Assembly (NCBI GenBank): GCA_964016885.1
Contig: OZ024748.1
Location: 54,002,001-54,066,000, forward strand
Source: Eledone cirrhosa
Lineage: Eukaryota
Direction of reading: 5' to 3'
DNA: 64,000 bases
Part shown: positions 1 to 14,275 of the stretch, piece by piece
Layout of the letters: every line of letters begins with the position of its first letter
Position numbering within the stretch: the first letter of the stretch is position 1
The notes under the pieces: model-generated
Told to the model about the DNA's origin: nothing
The model's database searches: none
The model's input: the letters and a program-made list of their open reading frames with translations, nothing else
Translations under genes and position numbers: made by a program

Positions 1-44
1 AGACTGTGTTGAAACTAAAGTAATTACTGTGTGGAAGAGTCATG

Positions 45-530
45 TATGTTGTATGTATATATGGATGGATTGATGTTGTATATATGTATGTATGTTGTAT
101 GCATGTAAGTAAACATGTAATACATGTCGGTACATATGTACAAATGTATGCAACATATGTATGTAAGTATGTATGTAATATATGTATGTAGGTCTATATG
201 CATGCATGAATGAATGTGGATATGTATATTTTTCATACATGTATGTATGTATGCCTGCATGTGTGTAGGTACGTTTCAATGCATGCATGCATGGATGTGT
301 GTATGTATACAAACATGTGTGTCAGCATATATGCATACATGTGCGTATGTATGTATGCATGCATGTTTATATATATATATGTATGCATGCATGTATGTAT
401 GTCTATGTATGCATGTCGGTATGCATGTGTGTGTGTGCATGTATGCATGCATACATGTGCGTATATATGGATGCATGTTTATATATATGTATACATGTAT
501 GTGTGTAGGTATATATGTACTCACGACTGG
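45..530. repeat. Degenerate ATGT/ATGC/TG compound microsatellite
   Basis: Continuous tatg/gcat/tgtg iterations; accounts for all M/Y/V/C/H/T-rich ORFs here. Confidence 0.9.
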
Positions 531-814
531 CTGACTGGCTAGTCTGAGGTTGTCCATAAATTTGACTAGTTAGCAGATTTACTCTATCCCATTGCACCCT
601 TCTTTGCTGTGATTTGACTTAGAAAATATACCGTTGTACTTGAGTACCTCTCTGTCTCCACTGGTTACCTGTGGGGGTGGGATAGGTTGGGTTGGGGTGG
701 GGTCGTGAGCCGAATGCTGAATCAGTCTCTCTTTCTCATTCTCACTTTTCTATCTCGCTCAGTATTTATATATACATAAGTGTGTACATATATGTTTCGA
801 TATGTGTGTATGGA

Positions 815-871
815 TATCTAGATGTATATATATGCATATATATACATATATGTAATATATATATATATACA

Positions 872-939
<68 letters not shown>

Positions 940-951
940 GATCTAGATGTT

Positions 952-989
<38 letters not shown>

Positions 990-998
990 GATCTAGAT

Positions 999-1090
<92 letters not shown>

Positions 1091-1117
1091 TTATATATAT
1101 ATATATACATATGTATG

Positions 1118-1151
<34 letters not shown>

Positions 1152-1161
1152 CATATGTATG

Positions 1162-1195
<34 letters not shown>

Positions 1196-1201
1196 CATAT
1201 G

Positions 1202-1282
<81 letters not shown>

Positions 1283-1357
1283 ATATATATATATATACAT
1301 ATATATGTATGTATATATATATATATATACATATATATGTATGTATATATATATGTA

Positions 1358-1441
<84 letters not shown>

Positions 1442-1500
1442 GATCTAGATGTTCATACATACATATATGTACACACTTATGCATATATATATATATGTAT
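815..1500. repeat. Long (TA)n array with recurring AGATCTAGATG and CATATGTATG interruptions
   Basis: About 680 bp of TA; agatctagatg near 939, 989 and 1441. Confidence 0.95.
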
Positions 1501-1743
1501 GTACATACACATGCATATACAGACACACATGCATCCATCCAGCCATCTATATATTCTTCCCACTCACCCACCCTCCCTACCCAGTAGCTGTGTACTACCC
1601 TACACAGTCATGTGACCCACCTTATAAATATATTCATGTTTAGCTAAATCACCGCCTTTACCTGTTTGACCTCATAGTATTTAGTTATATATCTGTGTGT
1701 GTGCGTATGTGTGAGTTCATTTGTGTGTGCGTGTGTATATATA

Positions 1744-1777
<34 letters not shown>

Positions 1778-1857
1778 ATGAAAAATTGAACGGGAACAAA
1801 ACAGAGAGGCAGTACAACAAATGTTTATTAATTTCACGCTCTTGAGAGTGGGGTGGT

Positions 1858-1925
<68 letters not shown>

Positions 1926-2204
1926 TGTGTATATGTGCGTGCATATACAAATATAAAAAGGTGCAAAATGGTCGGTGGAATGAATTTAAATACATGAAGT
2001 AGATGATGAAATACTGAAACATGTACTGTAGAAAATCTCTAAATTAATTTGAAATTCGTTTCTTAGCTGGAGAAAGAATTAATTTCATAGAAAATTAATT
2101 TCTGTTTAGTGACATGTATGCTCAAGTCGATTGACTTTTGTCAAATCGGACCAAGAAAACTATGTTTCTGTTGGTCTTTCTAATTGCTAATACTCTCTAT
2201 CGGT

Positions 2205-2296
2205 TGCAACTCCACGTAAAAGGAGCAACGTCAATTAAAGTGTCTTGCCCAAGGACATATCACATCGACTGGTCCAGGAATTGAACTCACAACCAA
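2205..2296 (-). mobile_element. SINE family B fragment
   Basis: Reverse complement has B-box gagttcaattcc followed by gtccttgggcaagacacttt...cgttgctcc, as at 9525 and 47478. Confidence 0.7.
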
Positions 2297-2632
2297 TTCT
2301 CTAACAAAATTATAGAAGTCATGTTTGAGAAAATCACAGACATTGTAGATAAAGCTCAAAGATTCTAAGGAATAGATCCAAGCATTTTTTAAAATTAAAA
2401 GTCGATTGACATATATATATATATAAAATATATGAAACATTGACAGGGGATAATTTGTAAAGAGTGTAAGAACACATAGTTACAGAGGTAACATATTGTC
2501 CTGGTGACATGAATAGGTTTCCCTTTGTTTGGACGTTAAGCCCTAAAAACCAGACACAATGAGCAGAGAAGACAAGAGAAAGGGAAAGTGAAGACAACCA
2601 GACAAATACAAAGGTGTAAGCTAAAACATATA

Positions 2633-3090
2633 TCATCATCATCATCGATTAACATCCATATTCCATGCTAGCATGGGTTAGACAGTTCCTATTTTTAAGG
2701 CAAGTTGTGTTAGGTGACCGTGTCTCGCTCAAATAGGGGTGTTTCTGGCTGGTTTTCTACATCTGGATGCCCTTCCTAACGCCAACCACATTGACATATA
2801 TATAGGTGGATTCCCGATGGGTATTTTGACGGTTCATATGAACCGTCTTCATAATATGCGACTTTATGTCCATTTTATATGATGGCATAGGAGAAAAAGT
2901 AGGTGGTCAAAATCTGATTCATTTCCTATTTGGAGTTACTACCCGCTCGCCTCCTGTTAGATGGGCCAGAAGACCTTGTCTTTGTTCATATCTACATTTA
3001 GTCTGTTTTTTACAAATGGATGCCCTTCCTAACATCAGCAATCTTACAGACTGTACTGAATGCATTTTATCATGGCACCACCACTAGTAA
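2633..3090 (-). mobile_element. Decayed RTE-related non-autonomous retroelement fragments
   Basis: ggatgcccttcctaac occurs twice (about 2765 and 3018); (CAT)n-associated end; family assignment is from recalled RTE 5' motifs. Confidence 0.45.
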
Positions 3091-3504
3091 GTTTGTCATG
3101 CCCTCTGCAATACTAGAGAGTTTTTTTTTATCTTATGTTATCTCCCTTCAGCTGCCAATCACTTTACAAGCTGTATTTAAGATCTGAAGATTATATGCAG
3201 CAGTGGTAGATATATTATCTCCAGTATGATAGGCTGCTCTTTATATGAAACCAGCCAGTAACCTTAAATAATGTTGTGTAATATTGTCATTGATTATGTG
3301 TTGATAAATATATACATATATATTTATATATATATACACACATATAAACACACACATGATTATATATTATGATTCATGAAGATTATTGTTCTTTTTCTTC
3401 TTGTGACATTTGACATACATACATGCATGTATATATATACACATACAGAGTGAGAGAGGCATTTAAGTTAATCTTTCATGCATAACCATTGATCTAGGCT
3501 CTAT

Positions 3505-3700
3505 ATGTTCACTGAATCTGCTAGAAATAGCAGCAAAATCTCCATCAACCACACACTAGCTACTATCCTTTAAAAAAAAAGAAGAAAAATACACAATATC
3601 TTGGAATAAAAGTGGGATGGTCATAGTTGGAATGTCTTTGTTCATAGATTTGCTCAATCAGAGTTGATCTGGAGCTAAACAAGACCAAGAAAAACAACAT
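3505..3700 (+). mobile_element. Dispersed repeat (retroposon 3' part): ctagaaatagcagc...ggagctaaac
   Basis: Related pieces at about 17068-17195, 21300-21365 (-), 21918-21940 (-), 61615-61750 and 62225-62312. Confidence 0.55.
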
Positions 3701-5070
3701 CACTCCACCACAGCACACTACAGCACACACCACCATGCCGCACCACACCACACCACACTGCACACACCACATCACATCAGTTCACACTGTGTCTGTCCAT
3801 CACAAACTACTAAGGGACAGGTTCTAGTCTTACCCCCTCCCATTCCATCACTGTCCCCAAACCAATCCCTTCCTGCCCCTTCTGGCTCCAATCATACCCC
3901 ACCACCACCACACATTCCCCCACCGTCATCTATGTCAACCCATCCTCCCATGTTACCCCCCCCACCCTCATTCCATCACTGTCACCAAATCAATCCCCTC
4001 CTTCCTCCTCTTTCTCCAATCATACCCCACCACCACCACCACACATTCCCCCACCGTCATCTATGCCAACCCATGCTTCCATCTTACCCTCACTCATACC
4101 ACCACCATTCTCTCACCTATCCAACACCCTACCCTATTCCAGTCCCCCCCATGCCTACCTTCACCTAGTCAGGCCAGACTTTTTTCACCCTCCACCCCCG
4201 GGCATTCAGCCACCCCCACCCCCGGACTCCACCCTTGCCCCTCCCCACTCACCTTACCTAGCTCAGGCTTCAGCATTCCCCCCATTTACCTACCAGCACC
4301 TAGGCATTGCCCTCCCCCCACAGTCAACCTCAACCCCACCCCTGCCATCACCCAGCCACCACCACAACCACCAGCATGCTGCTCCAACCTCACCCCCATA
4401 CCCTCCTAACTACCACCACCACCACCACCCTGGCTCCAGTCTTACCTCCACACTTCTGTTACCTAACTACTACCATCTTACTCTAGCCTTGCCCCACCCC
4501 CACGGCTCCCTAGCCACACCACCCTCTACATCACCCATCAGCCCAATAACTTCTCTATCCACGTCACCCCTACCATCACCTATCCACCCCCACCTTCACC
4601 GTCACCTAGCCAGCCCAATAACTCCCCCCTCATCACCACCACCACCACCTTGCTCCAGCCTCACCCACAGCTCCCTACCATCATCTATCCACACCACCTT
4701 GCTCCACCATCATCAACACCACTACCCCACCACCTTGCTCCACCACCACCATCACCACCACTACCGCACAACCCACACTCCAGCCTCACCCCCAGCTCCT
4801 CCACAGCTCCCTATCCACCCCACCATCCCAATAACTCCCCCACCCCCTCACCATCCTATCCTCAAGCTGAATCATTTCAGAAATATTTTTACCACCACTA
4901 ATCTCTCCATATTCTACTGGCCATGGAATACACTTTTTTTTACTGCCTCTCACTATTGCTGTGTCTCACTCTCTCTATATATTGCTGTCTCTCTCTCTCT
5001 CTTACTTTCTCACTATCACTGTGTCTCACTCTCTCTCCCTCCCCTTGTCTCTCTCTCCCCCTCTCTCTCC

Positions 5071-5107
<37 letters not shown>

Positions 5108-5184
5108 CCTTATTATATATATATTGCTGTGTATGTATTGCTGTATCTCTCTTTCTCACTATCACTGCGTCTCACTCTCTCTCT

Positions 5185-5226
<42 letters not shown>

Positions 5227-5247
5227 GTGTGTGGTGTGTATAAATTG

Positions 5248-5294
<47 letters not shown>

Positions 5295-5533
5295 TCTCTC
5301 TGCGTCTCATTCACTCTTTCTCTCTCCCTACCACTGTGTCCCACTCTTTTTCTCCCTTTCTCCTTATCACCCATTCTCAATATCCCCCCTCTCTCTCTCT
5401 CTCATCTCTGTCTCTCTCATAATATATATTTTACTCAATACATCTGTTCCTTTCACATATATTTCTCTCTCTCTCTCTCTGTATATATATATATGATTCT
5501 CTCTCTCTCTCTCTCTCTGTATATATATATATG

Positions 5534-5568
<35 letters not shown>

Positions 5569-6720
5569 ATATATATATGATTCTCTCTCCTTACTCCATC
5601 TGTCTCTCTCTATATATTGCAATCTTTTTTCTCTCTTACCTCTCTCCTTTGTAAAAGTGATTGTAGTGGCTGGGTTGGTGATGTTGGTGGTAGTGGTGAT
5701 TGTGTTGGTGGTAGTGGTGGTGGTGGTTGTAGTGGTGGTGGTGGTGGTCACGTTGATATATATACATATATACATATACATACACACACATATATATATA
5801 TATATGTGTGTATGTATATAATTCTTTTCACATAGGAACCATGATTTCCACCACCAACTTTATCAGAACCATTCCACCATTATTACTACCTGTACCCCCA
5901 CCAGTATCGCTGCTATTGCTACCATTCTGCCACCATACCAATATACTACCACTGCCAACATACTACCCTGTGACCATCACCATCATACCACCACCAGCAT
6001 CACCATAGCACCATACTGTCATACCACCACTACCACTACCACCATACCATCACTGCCATCATACCACAACCATCACAACCACCGCTACCACTACCAACTA
6101 TACAATCACTGCCATCATACCACAACAACCATCACCACCACCATCACACCACTAACATTACCACCATACTACCATGCAATCACCACCACCATACCACCAC
6201 ATCACCACCACCATCACCACCATACCACCGCCACCACCACCATACCACCACCATCACCACCACCATACCACCGCCACCACCACCATCATAGCACCACCAT
6301 TACCACCACCATACCACCACCATCACCATACCACCACCATCACCATACCACCACCATCACCATACCACCATACCACCGCCACCACCACCATCACCACCAC
6401 CATTACCACCACCATTACCACCACCATACCACCGCCACAGCCACCACCACCATACCACCGCCACCACCACCATCACCACCACCATACCACCATCATACCA
6501 CCACCATTACCACCACACTACCATGCCACCACCACCACCATACCACCGCCACCACCACCATCACCACCACCATTACCACCACACTACCATGCCACCACCA
6601 CCACCATACCACCACCACCATCACCACCACCATTACCACCACCAACAACGACACCACCACCACCATACCACCACCACACCACCGCCACCACCAGACCACT
6701 GCCGCTATTCCACCACTCTA
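3700..6720. repeat. C/A-rich low-complexity block (CAC/ACC, CT, TA, GGT tracts) with a ~130-bp local duplication (about 3835-3960 and 3965-4090)
   Basis: ccccaccaccaccacacattcccccaccgtcatctatg present twice; the rest is simple repeat. Confidence 0.85.
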
Positions 6721-6782
6721 TTCAATGACTAATCAACTGTAATCTACATCCTACTAATCCATCCATTTCACAACATACCATG

Positions 6783-8290
6783 ATCATCATCAGCACCAAC
6801 ACTACCACAACTACCACCAACACTACCACAACTACCACCAACACCACTACTATCATCAGCACCAACACTACCACAACTACCACCAACACTACCACAACTA
6901 CCACCAACACCACTACTATCATCAGCACCAACACTACCACAACTACCACCAACACTACCACAACTACCACCAACACCACTACTATCATCAGCACCAACAC
7001 TACCACAACTACCACCAGCACCACTACTATCATCATCTCCAAAGCCACCACCAGAACCACAACCACCCACAACACCACAAACACCACCACAACCACCACC
7101 AACACCACCAGAACCACAACAACCCACAACACCACCAACACCACCAACACCACAACCACCCACAACACCACCACAACCACCCACAACACCACCAACACCA
7201 CAACCACCCACAACACCACCAACACCACAACCACCCACAACACCACCAACACCACAACAACTACCCACAACACCACCAACACCACAACAACCACCCACAA
7301 CACCACAACCACCCACAACACCACCAACACCACCACAACCACCCACAACACCACAACAACCACCTACAACACCACCAACACCACCAACACCACAACCACC
7401 CACAACACCACCAACACCACCACAACCACCCACAACACCACAACAACCACCTACAACACCACCAACACCACCAACACCACCAACACCACAACCACCCACA
7501 ACACCACCAACACCACAACAACCACCCACAACACCACCAACACCACAACAACCCACAACACCACCAACACCACCAACACCACAACCACCCACAACACCAC
7601 AACCACCCACAACACCACCAGAACCACAACCACCCACAACACCACCAGAACCACAACAACCCACAACACCACCAGAATCACAACCACCCACAACACCACC
7701 AGAACCACAACCACCCACAACACCACCAGAACCACAACAACCCACAACACCACCAGAACCACAACCACCCACAACACCACCAGAACCACAACAACCCACA
7801 ACACCACCAGAATCACAACCACCCACAACACCACCAGAACCACAACCACCCACAACACCACCAGAACCACAACCACCCACAACACCACCAGAACCACAAC
7901 AACCCACAACACCACCAGAACCACAACAACCCACAACACCACCAGAACCACAACCACCCACAACACCACCAGAACCACAACCACCCACAACACCACCAGA
8001 ACCACAACAACCCACAACACCACCAGAACCACAACCACCCACAACACCACCAGAACCACAACAACCCACAACACCACCAGAACCACAACAACCCACAACA
8101 CCACCAGAACCACAACAACCCACAACACCACCAACACCACAACCACCCACAACACCACCAACACCACAACCACCCACAACACCACCAGAACCACAACAAC
8201 CCACAACACCACCAGAACCACAACAACCCACAACACCCACAACGCCACCCCAACCACCACCTACAACACCACCAAAGCTACCACCACCAT
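6783..8290 (+). repeat. ACC-derived minisatellite: ~60-bp unit, then 27-bp unit cacaacaccaccagaaccacaaccacc
   Basis: Tandem units read directly; translates as HNTTRTTTT repeats. Confidence 0.92.
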
Positions 8291-8399
8291 CAGAATGAAC
8301 CCCAGGACTTGAGACAGACCTTAGATCCGCTGACCTACGTCGAAAATGCACCCTGCTTCACATACTGCTTCACATACACAAAGGATCATATATACATAT

Positions 8400-9230
8400 A
8401 TACATATATACCTACATACCTATACACAACCAAATATACACACGCGCATACATACGTATACACAACCAAATATACATACACACGCGCATATATACGCACA
8501 TACGTATACACAACCAAATATACATACACACGCACATACATACGTATACACACACACGCACATACGTATACACAACCAAATATACATACACACGCACATA
8601 CATACGTATACACAACCAAATATACATACACACGCACATACATACGTATACACAACCAAATATACATACACACGCGCATACATATGTATACACAACCAAA
8701 TATACATACACACATGCATACATACGTATACACAACCAAATATACATACACACATGCATACATACGTATACACAACCAGATATACATACACACATGCATA
8801 CATACGTATACACAACCAAATATACATACGTATACACAACCAAATATACATACACACGCGCATACATACGTATACACAACCAAATATACATACACACGCA
8901 CATACATACGTATACACAACCAAATATACATACACACATGCATACATACGTATACACAACCAAATATACATACACACATGCATACATACGTATACACAGT
9001 CAAATATACATACGTATATACTTACATGCATACATACCTATACACTGCCAAATATACATATACACACATGCATGCATACATACGTATACACAGTCAAATA
9101 TAGATACACACATGCATACACACGTATACACAACCAAATATACATACACGCGGGCATACATACCTATACACAGTCAAATATACACACATACATGTATACA
9201 TACTTATACACAGTGAAATATACATACGTG
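8400..9230 (+). repeat. ~40-bp minisatellite atacacaaccaaatatacatacacacgcacatacatacgt
   Basis: About 20 tandem units with the conserved core caaccaaata. Confidence 0.93.
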
Positions 9231-9334
9231 CAATGAAATTCAAATCCTTCTCACTTCTGTTGGTGCATTCTCAGGGAGATTCAGTGTATCACCGTATGAT
9301 AAAGCTATCTTTTTGAATTACAGGTACAATCAAT

Positions 9335-9482
9335 CGACGAACTTCGAAACTGTCCCTGCCTACTAACAAGGTATGTGTCGACCCGAGTTAAATGGCAACT
9401 ACCCAAGGCGCTAAGCAATGGGATCGAACTTGGGACCTTGGGATTGTGAAGCGAATGCCTTAAACATTCCGTCATACTATGT
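9335..9482 (-). mobile_element. Decayed tRNA-derived SINE (third SINE type)
   Basis: Reverse complement has B-box aagttcgatccc followed by gccttgggtagt; similar layout to 47825-47990. Confidence 0.55.
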
Positions 9483-9524
9483 CCACATACATACACACAT
9501 ATATATAAATATATACACTTACAA

Positions 9525-9722
9525 GGCGTGTGGCTGAGTGGTTAGAGAATTGGATTCGCAATCGTAAGGTTGTGAGTTCGATTCCTGGACCAGGCGATGT
9601 GTTATGTCCTTCAGCAAGACACTTTATTTCACGTTGCTCCTTCTACCTGGAGTTGCGACCGATAGATAGTATTAGCAACTGGAAAGACCAACGGAAACAT
9701 TGTTCCCTCGGTCCGATTTGAC
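9525..9722 (+). mobile_element. tRNA-derived SINE family B
   Basis: A-box tggctgagtgg, B-box gagttcgattcc, core tgtccttcagcaagacactttatttcacgttgctcc. Confidence 0.8.
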
Positions 9723-10004
9723 GATTTTACAACCACACGTACACACACACACACACATGCACATACATGCATAGGGTGAAATACTTAGCAAGTGTTACAA
9801 TTGATACAGTTCACAGACACAGTCTGGGTTGACAGAGAAGATATACAACAATGTCACAACAACAATAACAACAACAACAGCAATGATAGCAACAACAGCA
9901 ATGACAACAACAAAGCCAATGCCAATTATAGCAATGATAAGGGTAATAGCATATAAAAAAGAAGAAAAACAAACTAGGCGACATATAAATAAACTGATAT
10001 ATAT

Positions 10005-10150
10005 AGGAAAAGGTTCAGGGCCCCGACGTCTGAGCTCCGGTCTTTTCAACAGCTAGATCCGAACTACTCTATTACCCACTCTACTACCCTAAGTATTGAG
10101 TACTCTGGTGCGTTATGGTCCACCTGGTATCTTACTACACCTTCTTAGTT
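10005..10150 (+). mobile_element. Hairpin-tail family C (subfamily 2), right arm deleted
   Basis: Left arm matches 49683 (ttcagg.ccccgac...cagctagatc), then the shared tail tattacccactctactaccctaagtattgagtactctggtgcg; (TA)n on both sides. Confidence 0.85.
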
Positions 10151-10250
10151 AAATATATATATATAAAATGTAGTTTAATAAATAAACAGAGAACAAAAAA
10201 CAGGAAAACGAAGAAGCAGTACAAATGATATATATATATATATATATAAA

Positions 10251-10351
10251 AATGAAAAATGGCGAGCTGTGTTGCAAATATGATATATATAATAAATTCA
10301 GTTATTATATATATATCATATTTGCAACAACACAGCTCGCCATTTTTCATT
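10251..10351. repeat. Fold-back hairpin (~45-bp arms) directly after (TA)n
   Basis: aatgaaaaatggcgagctgtgttgcaaatatgata...tatcatatttgcaacaacacagctcgccatttttcatt. Confidence 0.9.
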
Positions 10352-10850
10352 CATATATGCTTTCCCCTTCGCTGTGACCTGTCTTTTTCTCTTCCCTTAC
10401 TGCTATCCGCTTTCTCTCTCCCCCTTCTCCCTCTTACTTTCACTCACCTCCTCTGCTAGTCACCCTCTCTCGGCTAGCTTCTTCTTCACACTTTCACTTA
10501 CTCACTCTCTGCTACTCACCCTCTCTCTCACTTCCTCCATCGTCGCACACTGTACGAGATTCTTTCTTCGCTCACATGCGCACGGCCAAGATGTGTCTTT
10601 GACTTCTCGTCAATATTCGCAAGTTCTTATGTTCAAAATGAATTATTGACTTGATTTTCTCATTTTTTCCTCTCTTTACGTTGCCTCACCATTCGTGTTT
10701 GGTTACCTGTCTCTCTTTCTCCACCCAACTCTTTTTATCACAATAACTTAATTTAGTTATTGCATCGCCCTAGCTTGAGGTATATGGTCTGTAATGCGAA
10801 GAAAAATACCTATGATGGCTAGTATTTATTATATATATATATATATATAT

Positions 10851-11044
10851 ATAGGAAAAAGTATGACCCCGACGACAGAGCTCAAGCCGTTTCGACGGCT
10901 ATTTCTGGACTGAAATAGCCGTCGAAACGGCTTGAGCTCAGCCGTCGGGGTCATACTTTTTCCTATTACCCACTCTACTACCCTAAGTATTGAGTACTCT
11001 GGTGCGTTATGGTCCATCTGGTTCCTTACTATAATTCCTTCGTT
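10851..11044 (+). mobile_element. Hairpin-tail family C, complete copy
   Basis: ~55-bp arms (10851-10966), loop tggact, ~78-bp tail, (TA)n flanks; GAAA-cggc-TT at 10924-10933. Confidence 0.92.
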
Positions 11045-11069
11045 ATATATATATATATATATATATATA

Positions 11070-11585
11070 CAGTAAGTCCCCAACTAATGAACGTTCCAAG
11101 AGACCGTTCGTTAGTTGATTTGTTCGTAAGTCCTTCCAGTAAGCCCATCTATGTTATATTGATACTGCAGGTTTCCATAGGAGTGATATATATATATATA
11201 TATATATACACAATATATAGAAGTATGTATAATATGTAGGAATGGTTTCTGATTTAGGCACAAGGCCAACACTTTTGGGGGAGAGGGGGGAAGTCGATAA
11301 AATAGACCTCAGTTCATTACTGGTTCTATATGTTATCGACCCTGTAAGGATGAAAGGTAAAGTTAACCTCGGTGGGATTTGAACTCAGAAAATAAATTTA
11401 AATACTGTAGAGCTAATGACAATGAGTGTTTTTAAATAAAAGTACTTTTTCAATTCTGTGAAATCAGAACGTAATCCCATACTGTAGGTAAGTTTCCACT
11501 TGTTTTTATGATGCAAAACAAGGAACCCAGGGCCTTAAAGAGCCCACAAAAATTCGAACAGAGACTGTTCGTATCTGCGGAAGTT
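11070..11585. mobile_element. Decayed pogo/Tigger-like DNA transposon remnant interrupted by a SINE
   Basis: TA + cagtaagtccccaactaatgaac resembles a Tigger-type TIR; gttcgta motifs near both ends. Confidence 0.4.
11241..11390 (-). mobile_element. SINE family A (head truncated)
   Basis: ttatcgaccctgtaaggatgaaaggtaaagttaacctcggtgggatttgaactcag. Confidence 0.85.
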
Positions 11586-11586
11586 C

Positions 11587-11700
11587 GTCCGAAACGTTAA
11601 GACTCTCTTTCTGATATTTCAAGCGTTAAACTAATATATTTCTTCCATGTACTGTGTTGTTTGTTTTGTTATTTTTATTATTTCTGTTTACCTTTTACAT
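11587..11700 (+). mobile_element. PLE-type 3' tail fragment (same family as 17893)
   Basis: tccgaaacgttaagactct...tcaagcgttaaactaata.tttcttc..tgtactg shared with 17910-17980. Confidence 0.6.
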
Positions 11701-11724
11701 ACACACACACACACGTGTGTGTGT

Positions 11725-11832
11725 GTTAGGGTATTTGGTTCACAATCGTAAGGTCGTGAGTTCGATTCCCAGTGGCGTATTGTATCCTTAAGCAAGACAC
11801 TTTATTTCACATTGCTCCAGTCTAATCAGCAG
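11725..11832 (+). mobile_element. SINE family B fragment
   Basis: B-box gagttcgattcc plus agcaagacactttatttcac. Confidence 0.75.
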
Positions 11833-11887
11833 TAATTCCAATATATATGTGTGTATATGTATGTGTGTATCATTAGCCCCTATATAC

Positions 11888-11925
<38 letters not shown>

Positions 11926-12032
11926 TATATTTTTTTATATTGCGGGGAGGTTACATATTCATGAGCTGGGGCCTAATATGTGAAACAGATGGCATTAGAG
12001 AAGACAGGAGTTAGCGTATTATGCCTGGATCT

Positions 12033-12075
<43 letters not shown>

Positions 12076-12236
12076 GACAAACGGGGATGAGGGGGGGGGG
12101 GGTGAAAGAAAGAAAGAAAGAAAGCACAAAAGTATAAAACGTAATCTAAGGAAATGAGAAAGACAGAAAACACACACACACACACAGTCAAAATATCCAT
12201 ACGTGTATATATATGTGTGTGTGTGTCTGTGTACAT

Positions 12237-12276
<40 letters not shown>

Positions 12277-12527
12277 GTGTGTGTCTGTGTACATATATAT
12301 ATATATATTTATATATGTGTCTGTGTACATATATATATATATATTTATATGTGTGTGTCTGTGTGTGTATATATATATATTTATATATATATATATATGT
12401 ATATACATAATTTATATATACATACATATATATACATATATTTACACACACACACACATATATATATATTTTATATGTATATATATATGTATATACATAA
12501 TTTATATATACATACATATATATACAT

Positions 12528-12597
<70 letters not shown>

Positions 12598-12898
12598 GTG
12601 TTGGTGCCAGGATTGTCTCAGATAGAGAGAAATGTGTTAAGGAGACAGTTAAGAATGGATGGGGATTGAAACATAAAAAGGATTTATTCTGAAATTCTTG
12701 GGAGATAGTCTGGCATTTTTTTCTCTTTTTTATTGTTGTTTATTTCTTGTTATTTTTGTATATTCTTTTATTTGTGAAATACTTTTTTTTTTTTTTTTTA
12801 ATAAATATTATCATATTTATTTTTTAAAGAATTATTTGTTTTCTTATCTTTTATTTCTTTGGAATTCTTTTTCATATTCTTATGTTTTTATCTTTATA

Positions 12899-12929
<31 letters not shown>

Positions 12930-12993
12930 ATATATGATATATATATGTATACACTTTCTCTCATACGCACACATACACTTACATACATATATT

Positions 12994-13050
<57 letters not shown>

Positions 13051-13052
<2 letters not shown>

Positions 13053-13284
13053 CAAAGGAAATGTGGTAAGGAACCAGATGGACCATAACGCACCAGAGTA
13101 CTCAATACTTAGAGTAGTAGAGTGGGAAATAGGAAAAAGTATGACCCCGACGGCAGAGCTCAAGTCGTTTCGACGGCTATTTCTGGAATAAATTAGAATT
13201 TTTAGCCTGGCTAAAAATTCTAATTTAGTCCAGAAATAGCCTCCGAAACGGATTCAGCTCTGCCGTCGGGGTCATACTTTTTCT

Positions 13285-13286
<2 letters not shown>
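13051..13286 (-). mobile_element. Hairpin-tail family C with extended hairpin (~78-bp arms)
   Basis: Tail 13051-13128, hairpin 13129-13286 with extra centre aaattagaatttttagcctggctaaaaattctaattt; (TA)n flanks. Confidence 0.92.
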
Positions 13287-13322
<36 letters not shown>

Positions 13323-13456
13323 GGTATGTGTTTGTCTTTGATAGTGTACAGAATAATATTTTAATAAAGAATAATTGTCAGAAGAAATAAAAGATAAAAC
13401 ACTGTTTATCACTTGGGTAAAATAAATATTAGAATGAAACTTTGTTTATAATTTGA

Positions 13457-13493
13457 ATCTAGCGCTTTCGTCTTTCGTGAGACTTATCAAGAT
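13457..13493 (-). ncRNA. Minimal type I hammerhead ribozyme (U3-A8 variant)
   Basis: Minus strand: atc-TTGATAA-gtct(cacgaa)agac-GAAA-gcgc-TA-gat; stems I and II pair, palindromic AGCGCT helix III. Confidence 0.8.
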
Positions 13494-13902
13494 ATAACTT
13501 TAGGTGTCATTAAAAGGGTAGCTTAACCGGAAGTTCTTTAAGTGTATTTTCGTATCTATTAAAGTAGAGATGACATAGTTTAATATTAGTAGTGGTAGTC
13601 TTTATAACATATTTTTCTATTTCTAGTTGATATTTTAGCTAATCCCTTGGACATTGACAAGAAGGGATTCTAAACTATAATAAAGGAAGGTCTGCGGGAT
13701 TGCGTACGGTTTATTTTTTTTTATCCCGTTTGTAAAATAAGTTGGATTCCTTTGAATAAATAATGAATGAATATTACATAATTTATCTACTAAATTTCGT
13801 AAACAAAAATAATTTCGTAAAAATAAATAATTTCAAATTGACTTCTTTTCCAAGTTGCACTTCCGGTATATTGTCACCACCACCACCACCACTTCAACTA
13901 CC

Positions 13903-13934
<32 letters not shown>

Positions 13935-14199
13935 AGAGAGTGTTGGATGAGAGCGATAGAGAGATTATGATTACGTAAGACAGTGTAACGCAGTCTTCGT
14001 TCAATTTCTGTGTATATTGTCAATTACGATTTCATTTGATGTATCATATCCACATGTATATATACCTGCGTATAATATCAATATACACACTACACTTGCT
14101 AGCAGAAAACCACCCGAAGGGTGGTTTTTCTGCTAGTATTTTTAATTTGCTCTTCCGAGAAATTTCCAAATGTTTCCATGATGGGACTTTCCTTAGACT

Positions 14200-14275
14200 T
14201 TTCTTAGACTTTTCGTAGAGTTACAGGTCTGGCCGATATAATCTTCTTTGCAGCCGAGGTAGACGATAAAATGTT
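14200..14275 (-). pseudogene. GIY-YIG endonuclease remnant of a Penelope-like element
   Basis: Minus strand translates FIVYLGCKEDYIGQTCNS (VY...C..YIGQT motif) between stops; upstream of the 13457 hammerhead on the same strand. Confidence 0.6.

Noticed and set aside
3184-3190. Isolated CTGAAGA matches (also near 21868 and 50606)
   Set aside because: No helix II-GAAA-UH context; expected by chance
4063-5496. 477-aa Pro/His-rich ORF
   Set aside because: C-rich low complexity running into CT and TA repeats
6780-8312. 510-aa Thr-rich mucin-like ORF with many NxT sequons
   Set aside because: Entirely ACC-based minisatellite; no signal peptide, domain or supported splice context; the opposite strand is equally open
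8400-9230. CRISPR-like array (also considered for 14490 and 20120)
   Set aside because: No unique spacers, no cas genes, eukaryotic context
9525-9590. tRNA gene (also 47478)
   Set aside because: A/B boxes run straight into a repeated SINE body with no complete cloverleaf or terminator
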